A stretch of 64,000 nucleotides of DNA. It comes from an uncultured Peptococcaceae bacterium (lineage in GTDB: Bacteria; Bacillota; Dehalobacteriia; UBA4068; UBA4997). Each line of letters opens with the position of its first letter. Position 1 is the first letter of the stretch. The notes beneath the pieces were generated by a model that had not been told where the DNA came from, ran no database searches, and worked only from the letters and a program-made list of their open reading frames with translations. The translations under genes were made by a program, and so were the position numbers. Positions 52,249-62,174 of the stretch are shown here, piece by piece. Location of the stretch: positions 26,552-90,551 of the forward strand of contig CALCQI010000006.1 in NCBI GenBank assembly GCA_937897635.1, written 5' to 3'.

Positions 52249-52342
52249 TTTTTGCACCACCTTATAGTTTGAAGTTTTTATTATATATTAAGCAAGATAT
52301 GGCTTTTACTTTTTAAGCAAAAGTAAATGTTTGTATTATTTT

Positions 52343-52749
52343 TGTCATTCCAAACGTAAGCGAAGAACCTTAAAAAAGCTTCACCCTATCCCCCTTTTGC
52401 CCCTTTCCCTCCAGGGAAGGGGGGTTTGCGCCCTGACCGCTTAGGCTTATAGTTTCCAACTGCTGCTAAGCCACCGTACTTGGCACATGGGCACGCCTTG
52501 TAATCTTCTGGTTGGGTCCACTAAACGACATTGCGAATTCTTTAGGTAACCCATCTTTTGCAAAGCCGTTTGCCGCCTTATCCGCAGAGAAACTCTAAGC
52601 CACACTTTACGGGTGCGTAAAAAATTAAAACAATAAACAACAATTATGATTTTATAACTATAATTACGAGGAAGGCTTTGTCCTGCGCGGCAATCTGTTT
52701 TTCTGTTACCTGCTTCATCCTGTCATTCTAGGAGTATGTTAAGAATCCT
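52343..52749. other. GC-rich, ORF-free ~340-bp island bounded by two ~29-nt TGTCATTC... motif copies
   Basis: Motif copies at 52343-52371 and 52721-52749 on the same strand. The interior is visibly GC-richer than every other intergenic region in the window and has no ORF of 60 aa or more. Confidence 0.5.
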
Positions 52750-52812
52750 ATGCTACTGCTTAAAATACATTAATTACGTTTAGATGATAAATTCCTTCTT
52801 CAACAAGCCTTT

Positions 52813-53820
52813 CTATTTTTTGGCGGCCGCTTTTTCCAAGCGGTTCATAATGGCTTTGCCAATACCTTTTTTAGGAAAAGCCTGCACAATAATGGTTTCA
52901 GCACCTACCTCATCACACCAGCGCAAAGCCGCAAACAGGTTATGTGCCGCTTCCATGGGGTCATCCTTTGCTGCCATGGGATAGTAAAGCGGTAATTCAG
53001 CCAGCCCTGCTACATCAGCCGTGGCTAATACCGCTACCTTGCCGCCCAAAGCGGCATTTTCCCTGTAAGCCTTTAAGAGCAGGGACTTTTCAACCAACAA
53101 AACCTCGCCCATGGGGGCATAGTGTTTGTATTTCATACCGGGGGCTTTTGGTACAGCCTTATCAGTTTGGCTTTGCGCCTCCAATACTTGTCCACAATAA
53201 GGCCTTAAATCCTCCGCCGTTACCGCACCCGGGCGCAAAATAGCAGGTGTTTCACCGCTTAGATCCAAAACGGTGGATTCCAAGCCAACACCTGAAGCAC
53301 CGCCATCCAAAACCATGGCTATTTTACCGCGCAGATCATTATACACATGGCTGCCGCTGGTAGGGCTGGGCTTGCCCGAAAGATTAGCCGAAGGCGCCGC
53401 TATCGGCAGGCCGCTTAGCCCTATAAGTTTCAAGGCTACGAGATGGTCGGGCATTCTTATCGCCACCGTATCCAGCCCTGCTGTAACACAAGCGGGCACT
53501 GCCGCCTGCTTGGGCAACACAAAAGTTAAAGGACCCGGCCAAAAGGCCTGCATAAGCTTGATTGCCAATGGGTTCAGCTTAGCCGTTTGTTCAGCCAAAG
53601 CTTTGTTATGCACATGTACTATCAAGGGGTTATCATTGGGGCGTCCTTTGGCAGCAAAAATTTTGGCTACTGCCGAGGCATCCAGAGCATTGGCACCCAA
53701 GCCATAAACGGTTTCCGTAGGAAAAGCCACTACCTCCCCTTGCTTTAGCAAAGCCGCCGCTTGCTCTATTATTCTTTCATCGATATTTTCAAGCTCCAGC
53801 TTGAATATTTTGGTTTCCAT
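52813..53820 (-). CDS. tsaC: L-threonylcarbamoyladenylate synthase (Sua5/YwlC type, with the Sua5 C-terminal domain)
   Basis: VVAFPTETVYGLGANAL, 335 aa. Confidence 0.9.
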   Translation of the reverse strand: METKIFKLELENIDERIIEQAAALLKQGEVVAFPTETVYGLGANALDASAVAKIFAAKGRPNDNPLIVHVHNKALAEQTAKLNPLAIKLMQAFWPGPLTFVLPKQAAVPACVTAGLDTVAIRMPDHLVALKLIGLSGLPIAAPSANLSGKPSPTSGSHVYNDLRGKIAMVLDGGASGVGLESTVLDLSGETPAILRPGAVTAEDLRPYCGQVLEAQSQTDKAVPKAPGMKYKHYAPMGEVLLVEKSLLLKAYRENAALGGKVAVLATADVAGLAELPLYYPMAAKDDPMEAAHNLFAALRWCDEVGAETIIVQAFPKKGIGKAIMNRLEKAAAKK

Positions 53821-53859
53821 ATTTTAAGAACCTTTCTTATTTTAACAACCTTTTTTTGT

Positions 53860-54684
53860 TTAAAAGGATTTTTTTGATAATACATAACGGTATTTACCGT
53901 CATAATTTTTACCCTGGTATATTTCCCTTAACCCCGCCGCCTCAAAAATACTGGCAACCGCTCCTGTTTGGGTATCACCCGTTTCCACTATGATAAAGCC
54001 GCCACATTTCAACTTAGGTAAGGCTTCTTCAGCCAGCCTGCGGTAAAAAATCAGCCCATCCTTACCGCCATAAAGCGCCAAATGCGGCTCTTGCAAAACA
54101 TCATTGGGCAGGTTAAGCATTTCCGCTTCCGTAATATAGGGCGGGTTGGAAATTATTAAATCATATTCTCCTGTTAAGGGTGCGGCTAAATCACCCAAAT
54201 AAAAAGCTACCCTTTCACTAACACCTAAACTAAAAGCATTTTCCATAGCTACCGCCAAAGCGGACTCGCTGATATCGCAAGCATCCACCATAGCATGTGG
54301 GGCATAATGAGCAATACTTACAGCCAAAGCGCCGCTGCCTGTAGCTATATCTGCCACCCTACAAGGGGTTTTGGGCAAAAGGTTCAAAGCTTTTTCCACC
54401 ACGACTTCGCTATCCCAACGGGGTATCAAAACCTGTGGTGTTACCTTAAAATCAAGCGACATGAATTCCTGCCTGCCCAGTATATACTGCAAAGGCTCTC
54501 CCGCAGCACGGCGGTAGAGAGCCTCTTTATAAGCCATTACAGTTGCTTTTGCTACGTTTTCGCCGCTTTTTCGCGCAACTTGATTAAGGCCGCAACCCAA
54601 AAAATGAGCCGCCAACCAGTTTACTTCATGCTCTGCCTTAGGCAAAACAGCCTTCCCCTGCTGTATAAGTTCGCTTACTTTCAT
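53860..54684 (-). CDS. prmC: Release-factor glutamine N5-methyltransferase
   Basis: DIATGSGALA and ISNPPY motifs; downstream of prfA. Start choice (ATG 54684 versus TTG 54696) is uncertain. Confidence 0.88.
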   Translation of the reverse strand: MKVSELIQQGKAVLPKAEHEVNWLAAHFLGCGLNQVARKSGENVAKATVMAYKEALYRRAAGEPLQYILGRQEFMSLDFKVTPQVLIPRWDSEVVVEKALNLLPKTPCRVADIATGSGALAVSIAHYAPHAMVDACDISESALAVAMENAFSLGVSERVAFYLGDLAAPLTGEYDLIISNPPYITEAEMLNLPNDVLQEPHLALYGGKDGLIFYRRLAEEALPKLKCGGFIIVETGDTQTGAVASIFEAAGLREIYQGKNYDGKYRYVLSKKSF

Positions 54685-54814
54685 AACAGCCCCCAAAACA
54701 ACAGCTTTTCAGCCGCTTTTAACTATAGCACAAAGCTGATTCATAAAATCAACTTCAGCAAATAAACCAAATTCAAACAAACCGCTTTTTCTCTATAGAT
54801 GAAATGCAAGTTTT

Positions 54815-55876
54815 TTAAGCTTTCAAGCGTTCCGCCTGATCAGTAGTGATCAGGGCATCGATTATTTCATCCAAATCCCCCTGTAATATCCATTCCAGCT
54901 TGTGCAGTGTAAGGCCGATACGATGATCGGTAACCCTGCCCTGCGGGAAATTATAGGTGCGGATACGCTCCGAACGGTCGCCGCTGCCCACCAAGCTTTT
55001 TCTGGCACTGGCTTCCTCACCTTGCTGTTCACTTTTGATTTTTTCCATCACTCTGGCGCGCAATACCCGCATGCCCTTATCCTTGTTTTTGTGCTGGCTC
55101 TTTTCATCCTGGCAAGAAACTACTATACCCGTAGGTATGTGGGTGAGCCTTACAGCGGATTGTGTAGTGTTAACGCATTGGCCGCCAGGGCCTGAAGCAC
55201 AAAAAACATCTATTTTAACATCATTGGGGTCTATTTCTATATCCACTTCTTCAGCTTCGGGCAATACCGCAACGGTTGCGGCACTGGTATGAATACGCCC
55301 GCCCGATTCGGTTTCGGGTACCCTTTGCACCCTGTGTACACCGCTTTCGAATTTGAGCCTGCTGTAGGCACCCTTGCCTTCAACCATCATAATTACTTCC
55401 TTAACACCACCCAAATCGGTATAGTTACCTGAAAGCTCTTCCATTTTCCAACCCATTTTATCAGCATAACGGCTGTACATTTTCAAAAGATCGCTGCCGA
55501 ACAGGCCGGCCTCATCACCACCTGTGCCTGCGCGTATTTCCAAAATAGCACTTTTATTATCGTTGGGGTCTTTAGGTAGCAGAGCAATTTTCAAATCCTG
55601 CTCAAGTTTTTCCAGCTTTTCCTTCATTTCAGCCGCTTCTATTTCAGCCATTTCCAGAAGTTCAGGATCGCTTTCCTCCGCCATCATGGCTTGGGCGGCT
55701 TCTAAACCCTCAGCAGCTTTTTCATATTCACGGAACACCAAAACCACAGGCTCCAGCTCAGCGTGCGCTTTCATATATTTCTGCCAATTGGCTTGATCCG
55801 CAATCACCTCGGGGTCTGAAGTTTTGGCAGTTAAATCATCATATCTTGCCGCTAGGGTTTTTAACTTTTCGATCAT
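54815..55876 (-). CDS. prfA: Peptide chain release factor 1
   Basis: PET-type tripeptide region ([10 protein letters not shown]) and [10 protein letters not shown]. Confidence 0.95.
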   Translation of the reverse strand: MIEKLKTLAARYDDLTAKTSDPEVIADQANWQKYMKAHAELEPVVLVFREYEKAAEGLEAAQAMMAEESDPELLEMAEIEAAEMKEKLEKLEQDLKIALLPKDPNDNKSAILEIRAGTGGDEAGLFGSDLLKMYSRYADKMGWKMEELSGNYTDLGGVKEVIMMVEGKGAYSRLKFESGVHRVQRVPETESGGRIHTSAATVAVLPEAEEVDIEIDPNDVKIDVFCASGPGGQCVNTTQSAVRLTHIPTGIVVSCQDEKSQHKNKDKGMRVLRARVMEKIKSEQQGEEASARKSLVGSGDRSERIRTYNFPQGRVTDHRIGLTLHKLEWILQGDLDEIIDALITTDQAERLKA

Positions 55877-55938
55877 CGATATTCCTCCTGAAATGCTTAT
55901 ATGCTAAATGGTTTCACAAAACTATTTTATTATGATAA

Positions 55939-56919
55939 TCAAGGCATTTCTGCCGTAACCGCGGAAACAGCGGTTTTAGGCGTTTCCTTATCAGAAACTT
56001 CTGGCTTTATGCTACCTTCCTCATACATACGGGGTGGCAATTCGTTTTGCGCCCTGCCCGGAAAGCCCGGAACTAAAAGCAGGGAACCTATGGCAACTTC
56101 CACCTGGGCATCGGTAGGCTCGTTAGTAGTAAGCTTTTGCAGCCACAAGCCGGGCGCCGTAAGCACGCGCACGATTATATTATTGGGAAAACGCAAGGGC
56201 AGGCGGTAAACCTCGTAAGATATACCAACTACCAGCGGCATACACAACACCTTAATGCCAATACGCCCCAAAACCGTAGTATTACCTATAAAAGTAAACA
56301 CTATTATCATCATTATCATAGCCATGAACACAAAGCTGGTACCGCAGCGGGGGTTTATGGTAGTGTATTTCTGTACATTTTTTACCGTAAGCTTTTCGCC
56401 CGCTTCCCAAGCATTGATGGTTTTATGCTCGGCACCATGACATTGAAAAACCCGCTTTATATCCTCCATTTTGCGTATCAATACTATATAGGCTATAAAA
56501 AGCCCTATTCTTAAAAGGCCTTCAATCAAACTTCTGCCAAAATAGCCCACATAGTCCAAAGCAAAGGAGGCCAAAAAAACCGGCACAGCCACAAAAACCA
56601 CTACCGAAAGCGCCACCGCTATAACAATAGCCAGCGCTATTTCCTTCCAAGTAAGTTTTTCCTCTTCGCTTTCCCCCGCCTGAACTGCCGACCAAGATAA
56701 AGCGCCAAAGCCCACACCCATGCTTTCGGCAAAGGAAATTATGCCCCTTAGAAAAGGAAGCCCCAGTATTTTATGCTTTTGCTTCAGCATTTTACGTTGG
56801 CCCGTTTTATAAACTATATCACCATTAGGATCACGCGCGGCCATGGCATAGCCGCCGGGGCCCTGCATCATTACGCCATCTATCAAAGCCTGGCCGCCGT
56901 AATAAACAGGTTTAGCCAT
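55939..56919 (-). CDS. DUF1385-family membrane protein (YqhQ-like)
   Basis: YGGQALIDGVMMQGP..., HGAEHK motif, several TM segments. ATG 56919. Confidence 0.75.
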   Translation of the reverse strand: MAKPVYYGGQALIDGVMMQGPGGYAMAARDPNGDIVYKTGQRKMLKQKHKILGLPFLRGIISFAESMGVGFGALSWSAVQAGESEEEKLTWKEIALAIVIAVALSVVVFVAVPVFLASFALDYVGYFGRSLIEGLLRIGLFIAYIVLIRKMEDIKRVFQCHGAEHKTINAWEAGEKLTVKNVQKYTTINPRCGTSFVFMAMIMMIIVFTFIGNTTVLGRIGIKVLCMPLVVGISYEVYRLPLRFPNNIIVRVLTAPGLWLQKLTTNEPTDAQVEVAIGSLLLVPGFPGRAQNELPPRMYEEGSIKPEVSDKETPKTAVSAVTAEMP

Positions 56920-57111
56920 AGTACACCTACTTTCAAACCACATTAAACAACACACTTATATCTTTGCAATATAATATTATACACCATAAAGGCACTTTAT
57001 AGCAAATATTTGTTGTGCTTAACAAGGCCGCTGTGCCTATATAAAAAGTTTTTTAAACCATATTACAGCCCAAAATTTTTATATAGACAAGCTTACTTAT
57101 TTTAGGGTAAC

Positions 57112-57141
57112 ACAAAAAGGAACGGCAAAAACCGTTCCTTG
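57112..57141 (-). terminator. rpmE terminator
   Basis: AAGGAACGG / CCGTTCCTT stem plus a T-run on the minus strand. Confidence 0.8.
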
Positions 57142-57159
57142 CTAAACAACGTTTTGAAG

Positions 57160-57363
57160 CTACTGTATTTTGTATTTCTTTTTAAATTTGTCTATCTGGC
57201 CGCCTTCTTCAACCAACAAGCGTTTGGAGCCTGTGTAGAAAGGATGGCATTTGGAGCAAACCTCCACTTTGATGTCGCCTTTTGTAGAACCGGTGGTAAA
57301 AGTATTACCGCAGGAACAGGTTACGGTTACCTCATTGTATTTGGGATGGATATTTTGTTTCAT
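57160..57363 (-). CDS. rpmE: 50S ribosomal protein L31 (Zn-ribbon type A)
   Basis: [22 protein letters not shown]...[11 protein letters not shown]. Confidence 0.95.
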   Translation of the reverse strand: MKQNIHPKYNEVTVTCSCGNTFTTGSTKGDIKVEVCSKCHPFYTGSKRLLVEEGGQIDKFKKKYKIQ

Positions 57364-57441
57364 TCCTGTTCACCTCTTTCTGTAACTCGAATTATATCAG
57401 CAGTTTTACCTGCTTTGCTACTAATTTAGCTGACCTGCAAT

Positions 57442-57470
57442 ATTATATCACAAGAAGTTTGTATTGTAAA
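57442..57470 (-). promoter_or_regulatory. Sigma-A promoter of rpmE
   Basis: Minus strand: TTTACA, 17 nt, TATAAT. Confidence 0.6.
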
Positions 57471-57480
57471 TACCCGCATT

Positions 57481-58755
57481 TTATTTAACTGTTTTGGAAT
57501 AGCTGCCTATTTCCGTATTGGGCAAGTTTGCTTTAAGGGTTTGCAGGAAAGCTATTACACCCAGGCTTTCACCGCTGCCATAAAGCTGTGTCATAAGTGT
57601 GGGATCTATGTTTAGGTTGCGTATCTGTATTTGCTTTACCCCATATTTTTTAACCAATTCAACCAAGGCTTCTGTTTCCGTTACCCTATCATTGAAGCCG
57701 GGGTAAAAAAGCAGGTTCAAGGCTACCTTTATACCAAGCTTTTGCGCCAATTCCAGTGATTTTTCAACATCTGCAAAACTATAATTGCACGGCCTATGGT
57801 ATTTGGCATAATTTTCGGGCACCGCGCTAATCATGCTGACCCGCAGGCTGTCTATACCTGCCGCCATTATTTTGGCCATGCCTATATAATAGCCTGCATT
57901 CGTGTTTATATTGATAGTGCCCCTAGCGGTTTTTGCTCTTATCTCCCGAATAACGCGGGCAATCAAATCTGCCTGTAGGCTGGGTTCACCTTCACAACCC
58001 TGGCCAAAACTCACTATGGCATCCTCTGCCTGCTGAAGATGTGCTATGGCAATTTCCGCCACCTCTTCCACTTTAGGCGCTGAAGTTATCCTACGCTGAG
58101 GTGAAGGGCAGCACTCTGCCTCCTGCAAGGAAATACAGCCTACACAAGCGGCATTACACTGCGGTGAAACAGGCAGCCCTGCTTCCCAGCGGCGGTAAAA
58201 CATATTTTGTGCCGTAAAACAGCCATATTCCAAAGAGCATAAAGCAAGCTGCTTGATTATGGAATTATTGGGAAACTCCTCCTGTACTTTGGCTATATGC
58301 TCATTCAAATCAGCCGTATTATAATATTTAGGGTGCCAGTGCTTATGTTCATCGGTTTGCACAGCGGCTGCAACCAGTTGCCCATCCTCCATTATACCTA
58401 CAGCCGTATAGCCCAAAAGCGGCAAAGGCTCGCCCATATCCGTAATGGCCGGCAAAAGGGTTCGAGTATAACCCTGCGGTAAAAGCGCCGCCACCGCCCA
58501 AACTTTTTCCTTATCTTCCTTATTTTTAAGCTTATAAGGGTCATAAGTTAAAGAACAAATGCGCCCTTTTTCATTAAGCATATCCACACCTATGGGAACT
58601 CTGCCCGGAACCATGGTAAGTGTTGCCCCTTCGGGTAGGGGTATCAGTTCATTATCTTCGGGGATGACCAGCTCATCGCCCAAACGCCCCAACATATCCA
58701 GGCCAAAAAAATCTAACCATTCCCCTTTTTCCTTCGCAAAAAGCAATTTGGGCAT
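57481..58755 (-). CDS. Radical SAM protein with an unassigned ~200-aa N-terminal domain
   Basis: CNAACVGC (CX3CX2C) at about residue 210, GQGCEGEP, TIM-barrel-like remainder. ATG 58755 behind GAGGAGG. Confidence 0.7.
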   Translation of the reverse strand: MPKLLFAKEKGEWLDFFGLDMLGRLGDELVIPEDNELIPLPEGATLTMVPGRVPIGVDMLNEKGRICSLTYDPYKLKNKEDKEKVWAVAALLPQGYTRTLLPAITDMGEPLPLLGYTAVGIMEDGQLVAAAVQTDEHKHWHPKYYNTADLNEHIAKVQEEFPNNSIIKQLALCSLEYGCFTAQNMFYRRWEAGLPVSPQCNAACVGCISLQEAECCPSPQRRITSAPKVEEVAEIAIAHLQQAEDAIVSFGQGCEGEPSLQADLIARVIREIRAKTARGTININTNAGYYIGMAKIMAAGIDSLRVSMISAVPENYAKYHRPCNYSFADVEKSLELAQKLGIKVALNLLFYPGFNDRVTETEALVELVKKYGVKQIQIRNLNIDPTLMTQLYGSGESLGVIAFLQTLKANLPNTEIGSYSKTVK

Positions 58756-58856
58756 TAAATAAAGCCTCCTCAAAGTTTCTTCTTCGATTATAGACGCATT
58801 TGCCCGCCTTGGCAAGATTGAGCAACATAAAAAAACCTGCCTGAAAACAAAACTTC

Positions 58857-58886
58857 AAAAAGCCCTGCGGTTAGGCAAGGCTTTTT
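58857..58886. terminator. Terminator downstream of the LysM-M23 gene
   Basis: AAAAGCCCTGC...GCAAGGCTTTTT. Confidence 0.65.
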
Positions 58887-58945
58887 GATGATTTTACAGT
58901 TTGAAAATTTACTTTTAGTTTATTTGGTTTTTCATATTAAATTTT

Positions 58946-59842
58946 TTAAGAATTTTTAAAAGGGATATATTTGTGTGGATTCAGCACTGTATCGCCCTGA
59001 TGGATCTCAATGTGTAGGTGCGGGCCTGTGGCATTACCCGTTTGGCCTACCCTGATCACTGCTTGTCCGGCCTTCACCTTTTCCCCATTTTTTACTAAGA
59101 TTTTTTTGGCATGAGCATAAAGGGTCAGCCAGCCGTTGCCATGATCGATGGTTACGGCATATCCGTAAATATTATTTTTCCAGCCCGCAAAAGCAACCCT
59201 GCCGGCTGCCACACTGTAAACTTTGCTGCCCTCATCTGCACCTATATCCACCCCATGGTGAAAGCTTTTGCCACGCATTCCGAAATCCGAGGTTATTGGC
59301 CCTTTGAGCGGACACCGCCATTTAATGTTTGAAGTTGTTGTAGTTTTATTTTCAGCTTTTACGGTGTTTCTTTGCAAAACCCCCATGCGGCTGGCCAACG
59401 CTTTTACTGCTATGCCATTAGGTTCATCATAAATATTGATAACCGGAATGCTTATGCTTTGGCCTACATTTATCCTATTCGGGTCGATCAATTCATTATA
59501 TGCGGCTAAAGTTTCTACTGTGGTGTTATATTTTTTGGCAATGCCCCACAAAGTTTGGCCTTTTGCTACAAATACGGTTATTTCAGGATCCTGCGGCAAA
59601 TAAACCACCTTGCCCACTGGCAATACGGCATCATTACCCAAATTATTCATGGCAGCAATCAACTCACTGTCCGTAAAACAACGCTCAGCAAGGCTTTTTA
59701 GGCTATCGCCGCTTTTTACCTGATACAAAAACCTACCCGAATCAGCCTGTGCGGGCAAACTGAAAATAAGGCAAATAAAAACAGCTAAAACACAAATGAT
59801 ATATATGATTTTGTTTTTTGAAAATTTTAGGCTTCTAAACAA
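58946..59842 (-). CDS. LysM-domain M23 metallopeptidase
   Basis: Signal/TM segment, two LysM repeats (YQVKSGDSLKSLA..., VAKGQTLWGIAKKY...), HHGVDI and GPHLHIEI. Confidence 0.88.
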   Translation of the reverse strand: MFRSLKFSKNKIIYIICVLAVFICLIFSLPAQADSGRFLYQVKSGDSLKSLAERCFTDSELIAAMNNLGNDAVLPVGKVVYLPQDPEITVFVAKGQTLWGIAKKYNTTVETLAAYNELIDPNRINVGQSISIPVINIYDEPNGIAVKALASRMGVLQRNTVKAENKTTTTSNIKWRCPLKGPITSDFGMRGKSFHHGVDIGADEGSKVYSVAAGRVAFAGWKNNIYGYAVTIDHGNGWLTLYAHAKKILVKNGEKVKAGQAVIRVGQTGNATGPHLHIEIHQGDTVLNPHKYIPFKNS

Positions 59843-59998
59843 AAAACCAGCTCCTTTAACGCTTTCTTTTTGCTTATTATGGCGTCAAAAAGTAAAATTT
59901 ATGCTAAAAACAAAAAAATAAAAACAATATGTGCTTCATTCTAAACCCAGCAATAACCCCCTGGATACCAAACTGCCATATTACAGTAATTGTAGTTT

Positions 59999-60056
59999 TG
60001 TCATCCTGAATAAAGTGAATTATCTTCAAGATTCTTCGCTTGCGCTTAGAATTACA
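59999..60056. repeat. Imperfect palindromic element built from two TGTMATYC...ATCTT units in inverted orientation
   Basis: 59999-60027 on (+) and 60028-60056 on (-). The minus unit matches 52343-52371 at 24 of 29 positions, by my count. Confidence 0.6.
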
Positions 60057-60213
60057 GTTACATAAAAATCTTTCTAAAAAATTTTTCCATATCGCACTTA
60101 TCCATTTATTTAATGTAGCTTTTTTATTCTTTAAATATTTATGTTTGTAGATAAAACAAGAAAACTATTTGTGTTTGTTTTGCTTTTTTATTGTTATACT
60201 TACATAAAACCAC

Positions 60214-60244
60214 AAAAAAGGAGCGGCATTAATGCCGCTCCTTT
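60214..60244 (-). terminator. fba terminator
   Basis: AAGGAGCGGCAT-taa-TGCCGCTCCTT plus a T-run on the minus strand. Confidence 0.8.
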
Positions 60245-60359
60245 GCAATCGATAAACATATAAAATCAAGTTTTTTTATTTAAATATTTTATGCCAAAGC
60301 ACAAGTTATTTTAATCAAAATACTTCTTTAAGCTTTAAGCCAACTGTTCTTAACACATC

Positions 60360-61214
60360 CTAGGCCTGATTGGCAGAACCGAAAATACAAATTTTTTCCC
60401 TTACCAACTTGGTCATGGCTTCCCTGGCAGGGCCAAGCACCTTACGGGGGTCTATTTCTTTGGGATTCGCAGCCAGCACATCCTTAGCGGCCTTCATGAA
60501 AGCTTCTCTAACATTGGTATCTATATTGATTTTACGAACACCCAAGCTAACAGCTTCCTTTAGGGCCTCATCGGGCACACCCGAAGAACCGTGCAGTACT
60601 ATAGGTATTTTTACCAGATTCCTAATGGCTTTCAAACGGGGCATATCCAGCTTGGGCTCGCCCTTATAAACACCGTGAGCAGTGCCGATGGCTACAGCCA
60701 ACGCATCCACACCTGTAGCCTGAACAAATTCCAAGGCTTCGGCGGGATCGGTGAACAAGGCATCCCTATCGTGTACAAAAATATCGTCTTCCGTTCCGCC
60801 CAGCTTGCCCAATTCGCCTTCCACAGTAACACCTGCCGCGCGGGCGACCTCCAGTACTTTATTGGTCAGGGTAATGTTTTCGGGCAGCGGATGTTTGGAA
60901 CCGTCTATCATTACGGAAGTAAAACCGGCAGCTATACATTGTACACATTGTTCAAAACTGGTACCGTGATCCAAATGCAAAGCTACAGGCACATGAGTAC
61001 GGCTTGCCGCCAAACGTGTCATAGCCACTATATAATCCAACCCTGCGTATTTGATGGCACCTTGGCTGGCCTGTACTATAACAGGTGAATTTTCCAAAGT
61101 TGCAGCATTGATGATGGCCTGTACTATTTCCATGTTGTTACAATTGAAAGCTCCTACTGCATAGCCACCCTTTTCCGCATTTTTTAGCAGCTCTGCCATA
61201 GTTACCATAGGCAT
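60360..61214 (-). CDS. fba: Class II fructose-1,6-bisphosphate aldolase
   Basis: GAFNCNNMEI..., LHLDHG, VLHGSSG motifs. Confidence 0.93.
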   Translation of the reverse strand: MPMVTMAELLKNAEKGGYAVGAFNCNNMEIVQAIINAATLENSPVIVQASQGAIKYAGLDYIVAMTRLAASRTHVPVALHLDHGTSFEQCVQCIAAGFTSVMIDGSKHPLPENITLTNKVLEVARAAGVTVEGELGKLGGTEDDIFVHDRDALFTDPAEALEFVQATGVDALAVAIGTAHGVYKGEPKLDMPRLKAIRNLVKIPIVLHGSSGVPDEALKEAVSLGVRKINIDTNVREAFMKAAKDVLAANPKEIDPRKVLGPAREAMTKLVREKICIFGSANQA

Positions 61215-61256
61215 GATAAATCCCCCTTTAATTTTTATACTGAATTTGTATGTTTT

Positions 61257-61925
61257 TTAATAAACTGGCTGATTTTTGCTACCTCGCACAGCATTTGCGG
61301 TAGTTATCTTCAAACCCTCCTGTGTGATAATAAGAGTTTTAGCTTCTGTTAGCAAATGGCTGTCGTTTTGAGCCGCCGCCGAAAGTACACCATGATTACC
61401 ACATTCGGCACAGCCTATAACAATACTGTTATGCTCTATATCTATATTAAGATCTACCCTGCCGCACTTCTGGCAGCAAATATTGCCGTTGCCGTAAAGT
61501 GTGTTCAGTGCTGCAAGCATTTTACCCATAACTGCGGGTGCCTGAAAATGGCCTTTGAGTTCATCCTCATATTCCGTTAAAAGCATACCTTCCGCTGTAA
61601 GCACAGCTAAAACGCTTTCCTTGGAACCTATATAACCCAGGTGAAGGTCGTCTATATCACAGTTCAAATCATAAACCTCACCATTTTGCAGCTCATTAAC
61701 CTCATAAATGAATTCATGGGCTTCTTCACAGCAAGGGCCGTAAATGTTGATAAGCAAACTACGGTTGCTGTGAAACTCCACCAGGCATGGTTTGGCACCG
61801 CAGGAACATTCCATTTGCCAAATTTTGGTGCGGTGCAGTTTGAATAAAGACATAGAACGATACAGCATTTGTTTGCCGCATTCAGGGCAGCGCATTGCCA
61901 AAAACAGATCCGTAGCAAGCAGCAT
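61257..61925 (-). CDS. Hypothetical protein with two zinc-ribbon-like halves
   Basis: CPECGKQM...CSCGAKPC and CCQKCGRV...GCAECGNHG. ATG 61925 behind AAGGAGG; the longer track ORF lacks an RBS. Confidence 0.5.
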   Translation of the reverse strand: MLLATDLFLAMRCPECGKQMLYRSMSLFKLHRTKIWQMECSCGAKPCLVEFHSNRSLLINIYGPCCEEAHEFIYEVNELQNGEVYDLNCDIDDLHLGYIGSKESVLAVLTAEGMLLTEYEDELKGHFQAPAVMGKMLAALNTLYGNGNICCQKCGRVDLNIDIEHNSIVIGCAECGNHGVLSAAAQNDSHLLTEAKTLIITQEGLKITTANAVRGSKNQPVY

Positions 61926-62174
61926 GGACCAAACCTCCTTTGCCAGATTCGCCAAGCTCAACAATACTGCACTTGAGCTACATGATAATTCCACAAGGGC
62001 AAAGCAAAATCCTGCCAAAGTTAAAACTGACCTAAACTTTTTGTATACCATAAGCCTTCCCTTTTGCCACTTTGCGTTTAAACATGAAGGAAAAGCTGAT
62101 TTTTTAACGAATTACAACAAATAGGCTATTAAAATACAAGCCATGATATAATCAATTATTTTTAGCGGGAGGCA

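Noticed and set aside
52376-52720. RNase P RNA, tmRNA, ZTP/THF/T-box/cobalamin riboswitch, or a degenerate Mn riboswitch/mntP in the GC-rich island
   Set aside because: I checked both strands by eye for the diagnostic strings GAGGAAAGTCC, the tag ORF, CCGCCTGGG, GGGTGGTACCGCG, GCCACTG, and GGGGAGTAG...CAACATA...GAGAC. None is present in the right order. Translations show no DUF204 motifs.
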